DNA of 63,820 nucleotides, the filler included, from a bacterium (lineage in GTDB: Bacteria; JADJOY01), in the NCBI GenBank assembly GCA_046331705.1. It is 3 parts of 3 records of this genome, joined end to end, with 100 filler letters (N's around TTAATTAATTAA, not from the genome) between each part and the next. Parts side by side here need not be neighbours in the genome. Positions count along the whole stretch, not along the records: positions 1 to 28,654 come from JAXLQJ010000076.1; 2 more parts are not named here. One strand, given 5' to 3'. This document shows positions 9,395 through 20,155 of this stretch, piece after piece (the stretch's first letter is position 1; every line of letters begins with the position of its first letter). Below the pieces are notes generated by a model. The model was not told where the DNA came from and ran no database searches. It saw only the letters and a program-made list of their open reading frames with translations. The position numbers and the translations under genes are program-made.

Positions 9395-9748
9395 GCACGC
9401 GCGCGAAACGCGGGCAGCACTGCTGTCACGTGCCAGCCCTCGGGTAATCGCTCGGCTGTGATCTCGCGCTGCGATGCGGCGAGCTCACCGCTGATGAGCA
9501 CGCAAGGCCGCCGGGATCACGCGATCCGGACTCGGCTCCTCGTGCCCGCCACCCGGGCTGGGAAATCCACTCGTAGCTCCGCGAGGAGGTGTCGTTGGCG
9601 CGCGCCCGGATCATCGGGCGCAGGATGATGGTGGTTCGCGGCGAGCCGTCGCTTCTGCCGCCACCCACCACCTCATGACGCCGACGAAACTTTCCGCGCA
9701 AGATCCTGGAATCGCTGGGTAGCGCGGCGTTCGCGTGCGCGGCTTCGT

Positions 9749-10189
9749 TCAGGTCAGCGGGATGGTGACGGGGCCGCCGCCGGCGAAGTTGGTGATCGTG
9801 AGGTCGTAGGAGTCCACGGTGGTGCCGGTGGCGGCGGTCATCGCGCCGCTCACGGCAGAGGCGAACGTGTCGCCGGCGTTGAAGCCGATGCAGCTCTCGG
9901 TGCAGAGGAACGTGCAGCTCGGCGCGTTCCACGAGTCCGTGCCGATGTTGACGGTGGCCGGGCACGCGGTCACCTGAAACTTGCAGGTCGCATGGCCGAG
10001 CTGGCTGAAGGCCATGTTCATGTCGAGCGTCACCGCCACGGGGTTCGGCTGGCTGAGCGTGGTGACGATCTGTGTGAACGAGTCGCTATACGAATACGTA
10101 CCGGTCCACGCCCAAATCCCGCATCCGATGAGCCCCGCGAATGAGATCACCGTCAACGCTGCCGTTCGCTTGTTCGCTCGTCGAATCAT
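9749..10189 (-). CDS. Hypothetical Cys/Thr-rich lipoprotein (146 aa)
   Basis: GGGGGA SD, ATG 10189; basic N-terminus, hydrophobic stretch, lipobox LIGC; GC3-biased codons. Confidence 0.75.
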   Translation of the reverse strand: MIRRANKRTAALTVISFAGLIGCGIWAWTGTYSYSDSFTQIVTTLSQPNPVAVTLDMNMAFSQLGHATCKFQVTACPATVNIGTDSWNAPSCTFLCTESCIGFNAGDTFASAVSGAMTAATGTTVDSYDLTITNFAGGGPVTIPLT

Positions 10190-10386
10190 GGGTTCCCCCG
10201 ATTTCGTGAGGCGCGTCGTGCGCCATCGCCCGATGCTACACCTCGGCCGAGGCGCCGCTCGACCGCGGGGTAGTGGAACCACGGATTCGCGTTCGCGCGC
10301 GAGAGCGGTAGGATCCGCTCGGCGTGGCGCACGGAGCGGCGGTGAGTCACGCCCCGGGACGACCAGCGCCGCGTGGGAGGTGCGGA

Positions 10387-10731
10387 ATGGTTCGAGATGC
10401 GCGTTTCCGATCGGGTTCCGTCACCTGCGCCTTGGTCGTTGCCGCTGGCTTGGTCATCGCGGCGGCGGCGCACGCCCAGCAGAGCGGACGGGCGAGCGGG
10501 GATCCGGCGAAGGATCGACTGGCTGCGCCGGCGATCGTGACGCTCGAGACGCGCGCAGGCCGGGTGACGATTTACGCGGGTGAGCTCGGGCGTTACTACT
10601 CGATCGTGACCAAGGACGGCCGCGTGGTGGCGGAGCGGATCAGCGGCGACGAGCTGGCGGCGAGCCATCCCGACGTGGCCGCGACGGTGGATCGCGGGAT
10701 GGCCGTGCAGATGGCCGATCTGCCGCAGTAG
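10387..10731 (+). CDS. Hypothetical secreted protein (114 aa)
   Basis: GGGAGG SD before ATG 10387; signal peptide ending AHA. Confidence 0.75.
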   Translation: MVRDARFRSGSVTCALVVAAGLVIAAAAHAQQSGRASGDPAKDRLAAPAIVTLETRAGRVTIYAGELGRYYSIVTKDGRVVAERISGDELAASHPDVAATVDRGMAVQMADLPQ

Positions 10732-10839
10732 TCCGCCGGCCGGGCAGGCGCCGGGCCCCCCGAGCGGTCGCGAATCAGGCCGCCGGCTCTCCACGCGGGC
10801 AGCGCTCGGTGACAAGCTCGCGGTCGGAGGATCGCGATC

Positions 10840-11514
10840 GTGTCGCAGCCCGAGAATCTCGCAAGTCTGGTGTTCCGTGCGCACCCCTGGCACGGCGTGG
10901 CGATCGGATCGCATTCACCCGACGTGGTCACGACGTACATCGAGATCGTGCCCACCGACACGGTGAAGTACGAGGTGGACAAGGCGACCGGCATCCTGAA
11001 GATCGATCGCCCACAGAAGTTCTCGAACGTCTGTCCGACGCTCTACGGCTTCGTGCCCCAGACCTATTGCGGGGATTCGGTCGGTGCGTATTGCGACCAG
11101 CGCACCGGCCGCAGCGGCATCGTCGGTGACGGCGATCCCCTCGACATCTGCGTGCTCACCGAGAAGGCGATCCCGCGCGGCGACATCCTGCTCCAGTCGG
11201 TGCCGATCGGCGGGCTCAGGATGATCGACAAGAACGAGGCGGACGACAAGATCATCGCCGTGATGCAGAACGACGCGCTCTACGGCGGCTGGCGCGACAT
11301 CGGCGATTGCCCCGCCAGTCTCGTCGAGCGATTGCGCCACTACTTCCTGACCTACAAGGACGTGCCCGGATCGAGCGAGCACCGGCGTGTCGAGATCACG
11401 CACGTCTACGATCGCGCCGAGGCCCACGAGGTGATCCGGCGCTCGCAGGCCGATTACCGCGCGAAGTTCGGCGATCCGCTGGGGTCGCTGGCGGGCACCG
11501 CCGAGCACCGCTGA
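10840..11514 (+). CDS. ppa: Inorganic pyrophosphatase (family I)
   Basis: [36 protein letters not shown] motifs. Confidence 0.96.
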   Translation: MSQPENLASLVFRAHPWHGVAIGSHSPDVVTTYIEIVPTDTVKYEVDKATGILKIDRPQKFSNVCPTLYGFVPQTYCGDSVGAYCDQRTGRSGIVGDGDPLDICVLTEKAIPRGDILLQSVPIGGLRMIDKNEADDKIIAVMQNDALYGGWRDIGDCPASLVERLRHYFLTYKDVPGSSEHRRVEITHVYDRAEAHEVIRRSQADYRAKFGDPLGSLAGTAEHR

Positions 11515-11597
11515 AGCGGCACGCGCGCGACCTGGAACGGAAACCAAGCCGGCCGACGGTGATTCGCCCGGGCCGGAGCAGACCGGGGAGGAACGCC

Positions 11598-12962
11598 ATG
11601 GAATCGAACCGCATCGAGCTCTCGGCCAGCGAGAGCGTGCGCAGTTGGTACAACGTGCTGCCGGACCTCCCCAAGCCGCTCGATCCGCCGCTCCATCCCG
11701 GCACCCGCCAGCCGCTCGGCCCCGCCGACCTGACGCCGCTCTTCCCGATGGCGCTGATCGAGCAGGAGATGTCGCCGGTGCGGGAGATCGCGATCCCCGA
11801 TCCGGTTCTGGACGTGCTCTCGATCTGGCGGCCGACGCCGCTGGTGCGGGCGCGCCGATTGGAGGCCGCCCTCGGAACGCCGGCGCGGATCTACTTCAAG
11901 AACGAGTCGGTCAGCCCCGCGGGCTCGCACAAGCCCAACACCGCCGTCGCGCAGGCTTATTACAACAAGCAGGAAGGCATCCGCCGCCTCGCCACCGAGA
12001 CCGGCGCCGGCCAATGGGGAAGCTCGCTCGCCTTCGCGTGCAGCACCTTCGGCCTGGAATGCACCGTCTACATGGTGAAGGTGAGCTACGAGCAGAAGCC
12101 CTACCGCCGCTCGCTGATGCGCGTGTGGGGGGCCGAGGTCTTCGCGAGCCCCACGCCGAACACCCACTCGGGGCGCGCCGTGCTCGCCGGCGATCCCAAC
12201 TCGCCAGGCTCGCTCGGCATCGCGATCAGCGAAGCGGTGGAGGACGCCGCCAATCGCGCGGATACGCATTACTCGCTCGGCTCGGTGTTGAACCACGTGT
12301 GCCTGCACCAGACCGTGATCGGCCAGGAAGCGAAGAAGCAGCTCGCGATCGCCGGCGAGCGGTTGCCGGACGTGGTGATCGGTTGCTGCGGAGGCGGCTC
12401 GAATTTCGCGGGCATCGCGTTGCCGTTCGTTCCCGACGTGGCGGCTGGCAAGAAGGTGCGGCTCATGGCGGTCGAGCCGGCGAGCTGCCCGACGCTCACG
12501 CGCGGTCCGTACGCGTACGATTTCGGCGATACCGCCGGGATCGTGCCGATCATGAAGATGCACACCCTCGGGCACGGCTTCGTGCCGCCGTCGATCCACG
12601 CAGGCGGGCTGCGCTACCACGGCGACTCGCCGATCGTGTCGGCGCTGGTGGAGCAGGGCATCATGGAGGCGCGTGCCTACGGTCAGGTGGGCTGCTTCGA
12701 GGCGGCGATGCTCTTCGCTCGCACCGAGGGGATCGTGCCGGCGCCCGAGACCTCGCACGCCATCAAGGCGGCGGTGGACGAGGCGATCGCCGCGCGCGAA
12801 GAAGGGAAAGAGCGCGTGATCCTCTTCAATCTGAGCGGTCACGGGTTCTTCGACATGGCGTCGTACGATGCTTACCTCGCAGGCAAGCTCGTGGATCACG
12901 AGCTGCCGCAATCGTCGATCGACAAGGCGCTCGCCGAGCTGCCGAAGGTGGACGCCGCATGA
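11598..12962 (+). CDS. trpB2: TrpB-like PLP enzyme (type 2 tryptophan synthase beta)
   Basis: GSHKPNTA (PLP lysine), [39 protein letters not shown]. Confidence 0.95.
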   Translation: MESNRIELSASESVRSWYNVLPDLPKPLDPPLHPGTRQPLGPADLTPLFPMALIEQEMSPVREIAIPDPVLDVLSIWRPTPLVRARRLEAALGTPARIYFKNESVSPAGSHKPNTAVAQAYYNKQEGIRRLATETGAGQWGSSLAFACSTFGLECTVYMVKVSYEQKPYRRSLMRVWGAEVFASPTPNTHSGRAVLAGDPNSPGSLGIAISEAVEDAANRADTHYSLGSVLNHVCLHQTVIGQEAKKQLAIAGERLPDVVIGCCGGGSNFAGIALPFVPDVAAGKKVRLMAVEPASCPTLTRGPYAYDFGDTAGIVPIMKMHTLGHGFVPPSIHAGGLRYHGDSPIVSALVEQGIMEARAYGQVGCFEAAMLFARTEGIVPAPETSHAIKAAVDEAIAAREEGKERVILFNLSGHGFFDMASYDAYLAGKLVDHELPQSSIDKALAELPKVDAA

Positions 12963-13897
12963 GCCCGGCGGGTCGCGCTCCACGCACCCCCACCGTCGGG
13001 GCGGCACCGCGCGTCGACGTGACCTTCACCTCGGGCGGCGAGCGCATGGCCGCCTGGCATTACCCGGGCGGCGCGGGTGCGCCGTGCGTGATCCTCGGTC
13101 ACGGCTTTTGCGGCGTGCGCGAGCTGCGCCTCGATGCCTACGCCGAGCGCTTCCAACGCGCCGGCTATCACGCGCTGGTCTTCGATTACCGTCACTTCGG
13201 CGCGAGCGGCGGTGAGCCGCGGCAGCTCTTGAGCATCCGCCGCGAGCTCGAGGATTGGCGCGCGGCGCTGGCGTTCGCGCCGACCTTGCCGGCCGTGGAT
13301 GGGAAACGCCTCGCGATCTGGGGCACGTCGCTCGGCGGCGGCCACGTGCTCACCCTCGCGGCCGAGCGCCCCGACCTGGCGGCGGTGATCGCGCAGGTAC
13401 CGTTCACCGACGGCCTCGCGAGCTCGCGCACCGCGAGCATCGGTCAGGCGCTGCGCCTCACGGGCGTCGCGATCCGCGACGCGGTGGACGCGCTGCGCGG
13501 GCGGCCGCCGATCTACGTGCCGGCGATCGGGCCGCCCGGTTCGCTCGCCGCCATGACCACGCCGGATGCCGAGCCCGGCTACCGGGCGCTGGTTCCACCT
13601 GGCGTCGTTCTCGACGAGCGGGTTGCCGCTCGGGTCTTCCTGGAGATCGCGCTCTACCGGCCGGTCGCCGGCGCCGCGCGCATCCAGGCGCCGCTGCTCG
13701 TGCAGGTCGCCGAGCACGATTCGGTGGCCCCCGCGTCGAGCGCCCGCGAGGTGGCGCGGCGCGCGCCGCGTGCTCGGCTTGAGGTGTTCCCGCTCGGCCA
13801 TTTCGATGTCTACGTGGGCGAGCCCTTCGAGGCCGCGGTCGCGAGTCAGGTGCGTTTCCTCGACGACGTCTTCGGCGGCGCGGGCGGCAACCGGTGA
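12959..13897 (+). CDS. Alpha/beta hydrolase
   Basis: ATGA overlap with trpB2; [16 protein letters not shown], nucleophile GTSLGG, C-terminal GHF. Confidence 0.9.
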   Translation: MSPAGRAPRTPTVGAAPRVDVTFTSGGERMAAWHYPGGAGAPCVILGHGFCGVRELRLDAYAERFQRAGYHALVFDYRHFGASGGEPRQLLSIRRELEDWRAALAFAPTLPAVDGKRLAIWGTSLGGGHVLTLAAERPDLAAVIAQVPFTDGLASSRTASIGQALRLTGVAIRDAVDALRGRPPIYVPAIGPPGSLAAMTTPDAEPGYRALVPPGVVLDERVAARVFLEIALYRPVAGAARIQAPLLVQVAEHDSVAPASSAREVARRAPRARLEVFPLGHFDVYVGEPFEAAVASQVRFLDDVFGGAGGNR

Positions 13898-14307
13898 TCG
13901 TCGCGCACTTGCTGGCGGTCGCCGTGTGGGGTGGCGTGGTGCTCGCGGAAGTGCTCCTCGAGCTCGTCGCCGCGGACGCGGCGGAGCGCGCGCTCGTCGC
14001 GCGCGTGCATTTCTGGATCGATGCCCTCGTGGAGCTGCCGCTGCTCGCGTTGATCGTCGCGACCGGTGCGGTGCTGGTCGCGCGCGCCAGCGCGCTTTCC
14101 TCCCTGTTGCTGGTGAAGATCGGCTGCGCAACCGTCGCGATCGCGTTCAACCTCGATTGCGTGCGCTGGGTGGTGCGCCGCTTTCGCACCCGTGCCGACC
14201 CCCACGCGGTGCAGCGATTCACGGCGCGAATCCGCTACAGCATCGCCGGCTTGCCGTTCGGGCTCGTGGCGCTCCTTCTGGGGCTCGCGCGGATGCGCGC
14301 CGGGTGA
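13894..14307 (+). CDS. Hypothetical membrane protein (about 4 TM)
   Basis: GTGA-coupled on both sides; four hydrophobic segments. Confidence 0.75.
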   Translation: MIVAHLLAVAVWGGVVLAEVLLELVAADAAERALVARVHFWIDALVELPLLALIVATGAVLVARASALSSLLLVKIGCATVAIAFNLDCVRWVVRRFRTRADPHAVQRFTARIRYSIAGLPFGLVALLLGLARMRAG

Positions 14308-14846
14308 GCAGCGTGGACGCGCGGGTCGCCCTACGTGCCGCCACCCGCGGCGACGCGGACGCCATCCTCGCCGTGTACCTCGGCGCCGCGGGCGGGGAGA
14401 GCGGCCTCGCCCGCGAGGCGGACGAGATCACTCGCGACCACGTGGCCGGCTTCCTCGACAAGAGCCTCGCGTGCGGCATCGCGCTGGTGGCTCTGCGGCG
14501 CGGCGAGGACGGCGAAACGCGCATCGTGGGCGAGATCCACGCCTACCGAAGCCCGCTGCGGGTCTTCGCGCACGTGCTCGGCGAGCTGACCATCGCCGTC
14601 CATCCCGAGGCGCAGGGGCAGGGCGTGGGGCGCGCGCTCTTCACCGAGCTGTTGCGGTTGGTGCGTGCCGAGTGGCCCGCGATCGAGCGGGTCGAGCTCA
14701 TCACCCGCGAGAGCAACGCGCGCGCGATCGCGCTCTACGAGTCGCTGGGCTTCCGTCGCGAGGGGAGCCTCGCGCGCCGCATCCGCCGCGCCGACGGCGG
14801 GCTCGAGGCCGATGTGCCGATGGCGTGGCTTCGTTCGAGTCCGTGA
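14304..14846 (+). CDS. GNAT N-acetyltransferase
   Basis: AVHPEAQGQGVGRALF, NARAIALYESLGF; GTGA overlap. Confidence 0.92.
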   Translation: MSSVDARVALRAATRGDADAILAVYLGAAGGESGLAREADEITRDHVAGFLDKSLACGIALVALRRGEDGETRIVGEIHAYRSPLRVFAHVLGELTIAVHPEAQGQGVGRALFTELLRLVRAEWPAIERVELITRESNARAIALYESLGFRREGSLARRIRRADGGLEADVPMAWLRSSP

Positions 14847-14871
14847 CGGCGCCCGTGTTGGCGCGTGGCGC

Positions 14872-17040
14872 TCAACCGTCGAGCATGACCCGCACGAGCT
14901 CGAGCAGCTTGGCCGGGGTGAACGGCTTCGCGAGCAGCATGTCGCCCTCGCCAAGCAGGCCCTTGCGCACCAGCTCGTCGGCGGGATAGCCGGAGAGATA
15001 GAGCACCGGGAGATCGGCGCGCGCCGCGCGCAGCTCGTCGTAGAGCGCCTTGCCGGGAGTCATCGGCATCATCGCGTCGGTGATCAGCAGCTGGACGTCG
15101 TCGCGGTGAGCGGCGAAGAGCTCGCGCGCCACGGACGGCGCGTTCGCGGCCAGCACGCGATGCCCGTGCGCCGCGAGCGAGCGTTGCAGGAGCTCGAGCA
15201 GGATCGGGTCGTCCTCCACGACCAGCAAGGTCTCGGTGCCGTTGAGCGAGCGCTCGGCCGGTGGCTCGGTGCGCTTCGCGGGGGATGCGACCGAGCGCGG
15301 AAGGTAGAGCGTGAAGCACGAACCGGCCGCGATCGCGCTCTGGACGTCGATGAACCCACCGTGCTGGGTGACGATGGTGGAGACCAGCGCGAGCCCCAGC
15401 CCGGTTCCCTCGTCCTCGGGCTTGGTCGTGAAGAAGGGCTCGAAGATGCGTGTGAGTAGCGCTTCGTCGATTCCGGCGCCGGCGTCCTTCACCAGCACGC
15501 ACACGTACGCGCCCGGTGGCACGTGGCTCGGGCGGTCGAGGTCGCCCTCGGCCAGCACGCGATCGCAGGTGGCGATGGTGATGGTGCCGTGGCCTGGCGT
15601 CGCGTCGCGCGCGTTGGTCACCAGGTTCACGATCGCCTGGTCGAGATGGGTCGGATCGATGCAGATGGTGGCCTCACGGCTCGCGAGCTCGGTGACGATG
15701 GCGATCCGGTCGCCCGCCAGGCGATCGAGCATTCGCTGTAGCGAGCGGATCGCGTGGTTGACGTCGACGGGCACCGGCGCGGGCGTGGGCTTGCGCGCGA
15801 ACGTGAGCAGCTGGCGGGCGATGTCCGCGCCGCGTTGTGTCGCGTCCGCGATGGTCTCGAGATCCGTCCGCAGCTGCGCCGGCAGGGACGGGTTCCTGAG
15901 CGCGAGCTCGGCCGTCGCCGCGATCGCCGTGAGCACGTTGTTGAAGTCGTGCGCCACGCCGGCGGCGAGCTTGCCGAGGTTCTCGAGCCGCTTGGCGTGG
16001 AGACCGCCGGCGTCCGCGCGTGGGAGGATCGGATCGCTCGCGCCCTCCGAGCGCGGCTGCGGCGCGTTGGCGCTGGATGGCGACGCCGTCCGCCCTGCGC
16101 CGCGCTCGCTCGGTTGCGCCTCCTCCGCCGCGGCCAGTCCGGCGCGCGAGATCGCGAGGGCGGCGAAGTGGCAGGCGATCTCGACGAACGCCGGATGGCG
16201 CTCGTTCGGCATGCGCGCGTCGCGGAAGTAGAGCGCGAAGGTCCCGAGGAGCTCGCCGCGCGGATCGAGGATGGGCGCGGACCAGCACGCGGCGATGCCG
16301 TGGCCGCGCGCCAGCTCGCGAAATCGGGCGCAGAGCGGGTCCTGCTCGATGTCGGTCACGAGCACGGGCAGGCGACGATGGGCGGCGGTTCCGCAGACTC
16401 CCAGCCCCTCGCCGATCGGCACCCCGTCGATCGACGCGACACAGCCGGACGGGAAGCCGGGGGCGGCGGCGCAACGCAGCCGTTGCGTCTCGCGGTCGAG
16501 CACGAGGATGGCGCCCAGCACGCCGGGATCCTGGGACTCGATCATCGCGATCAGGCTCTCGAGCGTGTGCCGCAGCGGGGCACCTGCGGCGATCCGTTCG
16601 ACGACCGCCATCTGGCCGAGGAGCTCGCCGAAGGTGCGCTTCCACTCGGTGAGGTCGACGTAGCCGCCGATGATCCGCGTGGGGTGGTTGGCCGCGTCCA
16701 CGACGGTCGAGAGCCGCAACAAGATCCAGCGGTCGGAGCCGTCGTGGTGCTGCATGCGGAATTCCAAGCGCGCGGTCGGCCAGCGCTGCTCGCGGCACGA
16801 GCGCAGGAAGGCGAGCACCCGTTCGCGGTCGTGGGGGTGGACGTGTCGCTGCCAAGCGTCGATGCCGCCGAGGCGCGCGTCCGAGCCATGGCCGAGAAGG
16901 CGCGGCCAGCTGGGCGAGAGCGCCACGACCCCGCTTTCGAGGTCCCAGTCGAGCAGCACGACCTTGGACGACAGGGGAGTGCTGGCGGCGAGCAACGACG
17001 TGACCGCAGCGGTATCCGTGGGTGATCCCGGAAATCTCAT
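14872..17040 (-). CDS. Hybrid sensor histidine kinase (PAS-GAF-HisKA-HATPase-REC)
   Basis: PAS VHPHDRE; GAF ACWSAPI; H-box AHDFNN; NARDA; FFTTK; GTGLGL; REC VVEDD...TDAMMP...KPF. Confidence 0.93.
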   Translation of the reverse strand: MRFPGSPTDTAAVTSLLAASTPLSSKVVLLDWDLESGVVALSPSWPRLLGHGSDARLGGIDAWQRHVHPHDRERVLAFLRSCREQRWPTARLEFRMQHHDGSDRWILLRLSTVVDAANHPTRIIGGYVDLTEWKRTFGELLGQMAVVERIAAGAPLRHTLESLIAMIESQDPGVLGAILVLDRETQRLRCAAAPGFPSGCVASIDGVPIGEGLGVCGTAAHRRLPVLVTDIEQDPLCARFRELARGHGIAACWSAPILDPRGELLGTFALYFRDARMPNERHPAFVEIACHFAALAISRAGLAAAEEAQPSERGAGRTASPSSANAPQPRSEGASDPILPRADAGGLHAKRLENLGKLAAGVAHDFNNVLTAIAATAELALRNPSLPAQLRTDLETIADATQRGADIARQLLTFARKPTPAPVPVDVNHAIRSLQRMLDRLAGDRIAIVTELASREATICIDPTHLDQAIVNLVTNARDATPGHGTITIATCDRVLAEGDLDRPSHVPPGAYVCVLVKDAGAGIDEALLTRIFEPFFTTKPEDEGTGLGLALVSTIVTQHGGFIDVQSAIAAGSCFTLYLPRSVASPAKRTEPPAERSLNGTETLLVVEDDPILLELLQRSLAAHGHRVLAANAPSVARELFAAHRDDVQLLITDAMMPMTPGKALYDELRAARADLPVLYLSGYPADELVRKGLLGEGDMLLAKPFTPAKLLELVRVMLDG

Positions 17041-17538
17041 CGGTTTCCTGGTGCCACCGACGATTCCAGCGGACCCCGCGGGGTGCTCGCGAAGGCGATC
17101 CGCGCGGTGCGGAGGGGCGCGACCGCGCCCGCTCCCACGCCGCGGAATCGGGGCGCGATTGCTCGCCGGCTCGTTGCTCGCCGATCGACTGCGTGGCAGG
17201 GGGTTGGGGCGAAAAGCGGCATCGGTTGCCGTCCTTTTTGGTTAGGTATTGCTCACCTCGAGTATTGTAACTCACCCTGCCGTTCACAACCGGTGGGTGA
17301 GCCGGGGCGCTGGTTCGCGTTCGGAAAATCAACGAAACCAGAAGTCTTATTATTTGGCTGGGTTAGCGGCTAACAGTGGTCGGGCGTTTTGCCCGGCTCG
17401 CCGGTGAGCGGCTTCTTTCGTGGCTCGCCCGCTGCGAGCTCGCTGAAACCCGACCAAGAGGATCGTGTTTTCGCCTACGACGGTGCGAGGTTGGCCCGCG
17501 CGATGCGCTAGGGGCCGGTTGCCGTGCGCGGCGGTGCG

Positions 17539-20016
17539 TCAGCTTCCCAGGACCTGGCGAATCCGTGCGATCAGCTTGGACGGGGTGAATGGCTTGGGCA
17601 GGAAGGGGTCTTCCTTGCGAAGGATGTTGCGCCGGACCAGCTCGTCGAGGGGGTAGCCCGACATGAAGAGCACGTCGAGGTCGGGGCGCTGCTTGCGCAG
17701 CTCGTCGAAGAGCTGCCTCCCGTCCACGGTCGGCAGCACGGTATCCGTCAGCAACAGCGCGATCGGTCCGCGTTCGGCGTCGCTGGCCGCTTGCGCCTCC
17801 GCAGCGGAAGTCGCCGTCAGCACCCGGTAGCCGAACGACTCGAGCGCTCGCCGCACCAGCTCGAGCAACATCGGATCGTCCTCGGCGACCAGCACCGTCT
17901 CGGTGCCGCGGGGAGTGGGCACCGGTGCCGGCAGTGGCGCCTCGCGCGTCACCGCAACCTGCTGGCAACGCGGGAAGTAAAGCGTGAAGCAGGTGCCCCG
18001 TCCGGGCGCGGATGTGACGTCGATCACTCCGGCGTGCTGGGCGACGAGCTGCGCGACCAGCGCCAGGCCGAGACCGGTGCCGACGTCGCGTGGCTTGGTG
18101 GTGAAGAAAGGCTCGAAGATGCGGCTGCGAACGCTCTCGTCGATGCCGGATCCGGAATCGCTCACGCGGATGAGCACGTGCTCGCCAGGTGCGACTCCCT
18201 GGGGGCGCTCGGGATCGGCCTCGCCGAGCACGCGCACGTCGGTCTCGATCGCGATGGTGCCGGGACCCGAGATCGCGTCGCGCGCGTTGGTGACCAGGTT
18301 CACCAGCACCTGGTCGAGGTGGGTGGGATCGATGAGGATCGTCGTCTCGGCGCGCGCGAGCCGCGTGGTGATCGCGACCTCCTCACCCACCAGGCGCGCG
18401 AGCATGCGAAGCACGGCGCGGACGCTCTCGTTCGCATCGAGGGCCACCGGATTGGAAGCCTGCTTGTTGGCGAACGCGAGCAGCTGACGGGTGATCTCGA
18501 CGCCGCGCTGCGTGGCCTCGGCGATCGCGGACAGGTCCGCGCGGATCCGCTCGGGCGGCGTCATGCCGGAAAGGGCGAGCTCGGTCACCGCCGAGATCAC
18601 GGTGAGCACGTTGTTGAAGTCGTGGGCGACGCCCGCGGCCAGGCGGCCGAGGCTCTCGAGCTTCTGGGCCTGAAGGCGCTGCGTTTCCCGCTCGCGTTCC
18701 TCGAGCTCCGCCCGCTTGCGCTCGGTGACGTCGAGGACCGTTCCGGTGACTCGAACCGGCCGGCCGTCGGCATCGAGGATCGGGCGGGACTGGATCCGAA
18801 CGTGGCGCAGCGGTCCGAGCGCGGGATGGGTGCGCAGCTCTCCTTCCAGCGGCTCGGAGGTGCCCTGCAGCCGGCGCTGCTTCTCGGCGAGCTCATCGAG
18901 GTCGTCCGGGTGGATCAGGGGCGCGAAGCCCGCGAACGTGGGCGCGCCGAGCGCCGGGTCGCGATGGAAGATCCGGAACATCTCCGCGGACCAGCGAATC
19001 TCTCCCGTCGCGAGATCGAGCTCCCAGCTACCCAGCCGTGCTTGGGCTTGGGCCTCGGCGAGGCGCCGCTCGCTAGCGCGCAGGGAGGACTCTTCGCGGT
19101 CGCGGGTGATCGCGATCGCGGCGATGTGGGTGGCCGTCTCCACCCAGCGGCGGTGGCGCTCCTCGGGCAGGCTCGGCTGGCGCGCGTACATCGCGAAGGT
19201 GCCGAGCACGCGTTGCGCGGAATCGAAGATGGGTGTCGACCAGCAGGCTGCGAGACCGTGCGCCAGCGCCAGCGCGCGCCAATCCTTCCAGAGCGGGTCG
19301 GTGGCGATGTCCGCCACCACCACCGGTGCCGCGCGGTACGCGGCCGTGCCGCACGATCCGCTGCCCTCGGCGATCGCGACCCCTTCGAGCGCGGCCGTGT
19401 AGCTCGCCGGCAGCCGGGGGCCCGCACAATGGCGCAAGCGCCGACCGCTGGCGTCCACCAGGAGCACCGACCCGAAGATCTCGGGTGCTTGCGATTCGAG
19501 GAGCCGCACCAGCGACTCGAGGATCTCGGTCAGCGGCCCGCCCGTGGCCACGCGCTCGAGAACCGCCATCTGCGCCAGCAGCACCTCCTCGGTCTGGCGA
19601 CGTTCCGTGACGTCGACCGCCTGGGCGAGCACCCGGATGGGATGGCCCGCGTCGTCGCGAACCACCGCGCCCTGAATCGACATCCACCGGTAGGAGCCGT
19701 CGCGATGCACGAGGCGCAGCTCCAGGCGGGGAGCGTCGGTCGGGTGCTGCCGCAAGGCGCGCACCGCGGCCTCCGCGGCCCCGCGATCCTCGGGATGGAC
19801 ACGGTTCGCCCAGGCCAGCGGATCGTCCGGCAGCTCGTCCTCGCGGAGGCCGAGCTCGAGTCGGCAGCCCGGGGAAAACCACACCCGGCCGGACGCGAGG
19901 TCCCAGTCGATCCAGGCGAGGCTCGCTCCCTCGAGCGCCGCGGCGATGGGCGAGGGGAGGCGCTTGGCCTCGCCGGGCCCCGGCGTGGTCGGCGGTGTCG
20001 CGAGCGGGGTGACCAT
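17539..20016 (-). CDS. Hybrid sensor histidine kinase (PAS-GAF-PAS-HisKA-HATPase-REC); start uncertain
   Basis: Same motifs as the neighbour plus a second PAS (GSWELDLATGEIRWS...IHPDD). Confidence 0.92.
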   Translation of the reverse strand: MVTPLATPPTTPGPGEAKRLPSPIAAALEGASLAWIDWDLASGRVWFSPGCRLELGLREDELPDDPLAWANRVHPEDRGAAEAAVRALRQHPTDAPRLELRLVHRDGSYRWMSIQGAVVRDDAGHPIRVLAQAVDVTERRQTEEVLLAQMAVLERVATGGPLTEILESLVRLLESQAPEIFGSVLLVDASGRRLRHCAGPRLPASYTAALEGVAIAEGSGSCGTAAYRAAPVVVADIATDPLWKDWRALALAHGLAACWSTPIFDSAQRVLGTFAMYARQPSLPEERHRRWVETATHIAAIAITRDREESSLRASERRLAEAQAQARLGSWELDLATGEIRWSAEMFRIFHRDPALGAPTFAGFAPLIHPDDLDELAEKQRRLQGTSEPLEGELRTHPALGPLRHVRIQSRPILDADGRPVRVTGTVLDVTERKRAELEERERETQRLQAQKLESLGRLAAGVAHDFNNVLTVISAVTELALSGMTPPERIRADLSAIAEATQRGVEITRQLLAFANKQASNPVALDANESVRAVLRMLARLVGEEVAITTRLARAETTILIDPTHLDQVLVNLVTNARDAISGPGTIAIETDVRVLGEADPERPQGVAPGEHVLIRVSDSGSGIDESVRSRIFEPFFTTKPRDVGTGLGLALVAQLVAQHAGVIDVTSAPGRGTCFTLYFPRCQQVAVTREAPLPAPVPTPRGTETVLVAEDDPMLLELVRRALESFGYRVLTATSAAEAQAASDAERGPIALLLTDTVLPTVDGRQLFDELRKQRPDLDVLFMSGYPLDELVRRNILRKEDPFLPKPFTPSKLIARIRQVLGS

Positions 20017-20155
20017 GCGTTCGAACGCGCCGCAGGGCGGGCGCGCCTCATGCCGTGACGGTCGCGGGAGGGTGGCCTTGCACCGCGATGCCAACGCTCT
20101 CAATTACCCCAGCCACTCGCCTCATTCAACGGTCCGGACACGAGCGCGCCCCCGC

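Noticed and set aside
9391-9520. Hammerhead-like words (CTGATGAG at 9491; ATGAG...CGAAAC at 9391)
   Set aside because: The core elements are not arranged in one fold with the required stems.
11645-13897. Long Arg/Ala/Pro-rich alternative-frame ORFs here and throughout the window
   Set aside because: Expected shadow ORFs in high-GC DNA; only 12959-13897 of this one is a real gene.
20078-20093. Sigma54-like TGGCATCGCGGTGCA upstream of the second kinase (minus strand)
   Set aside because: GG-GC spacing is 9 nt rather than the required 10.
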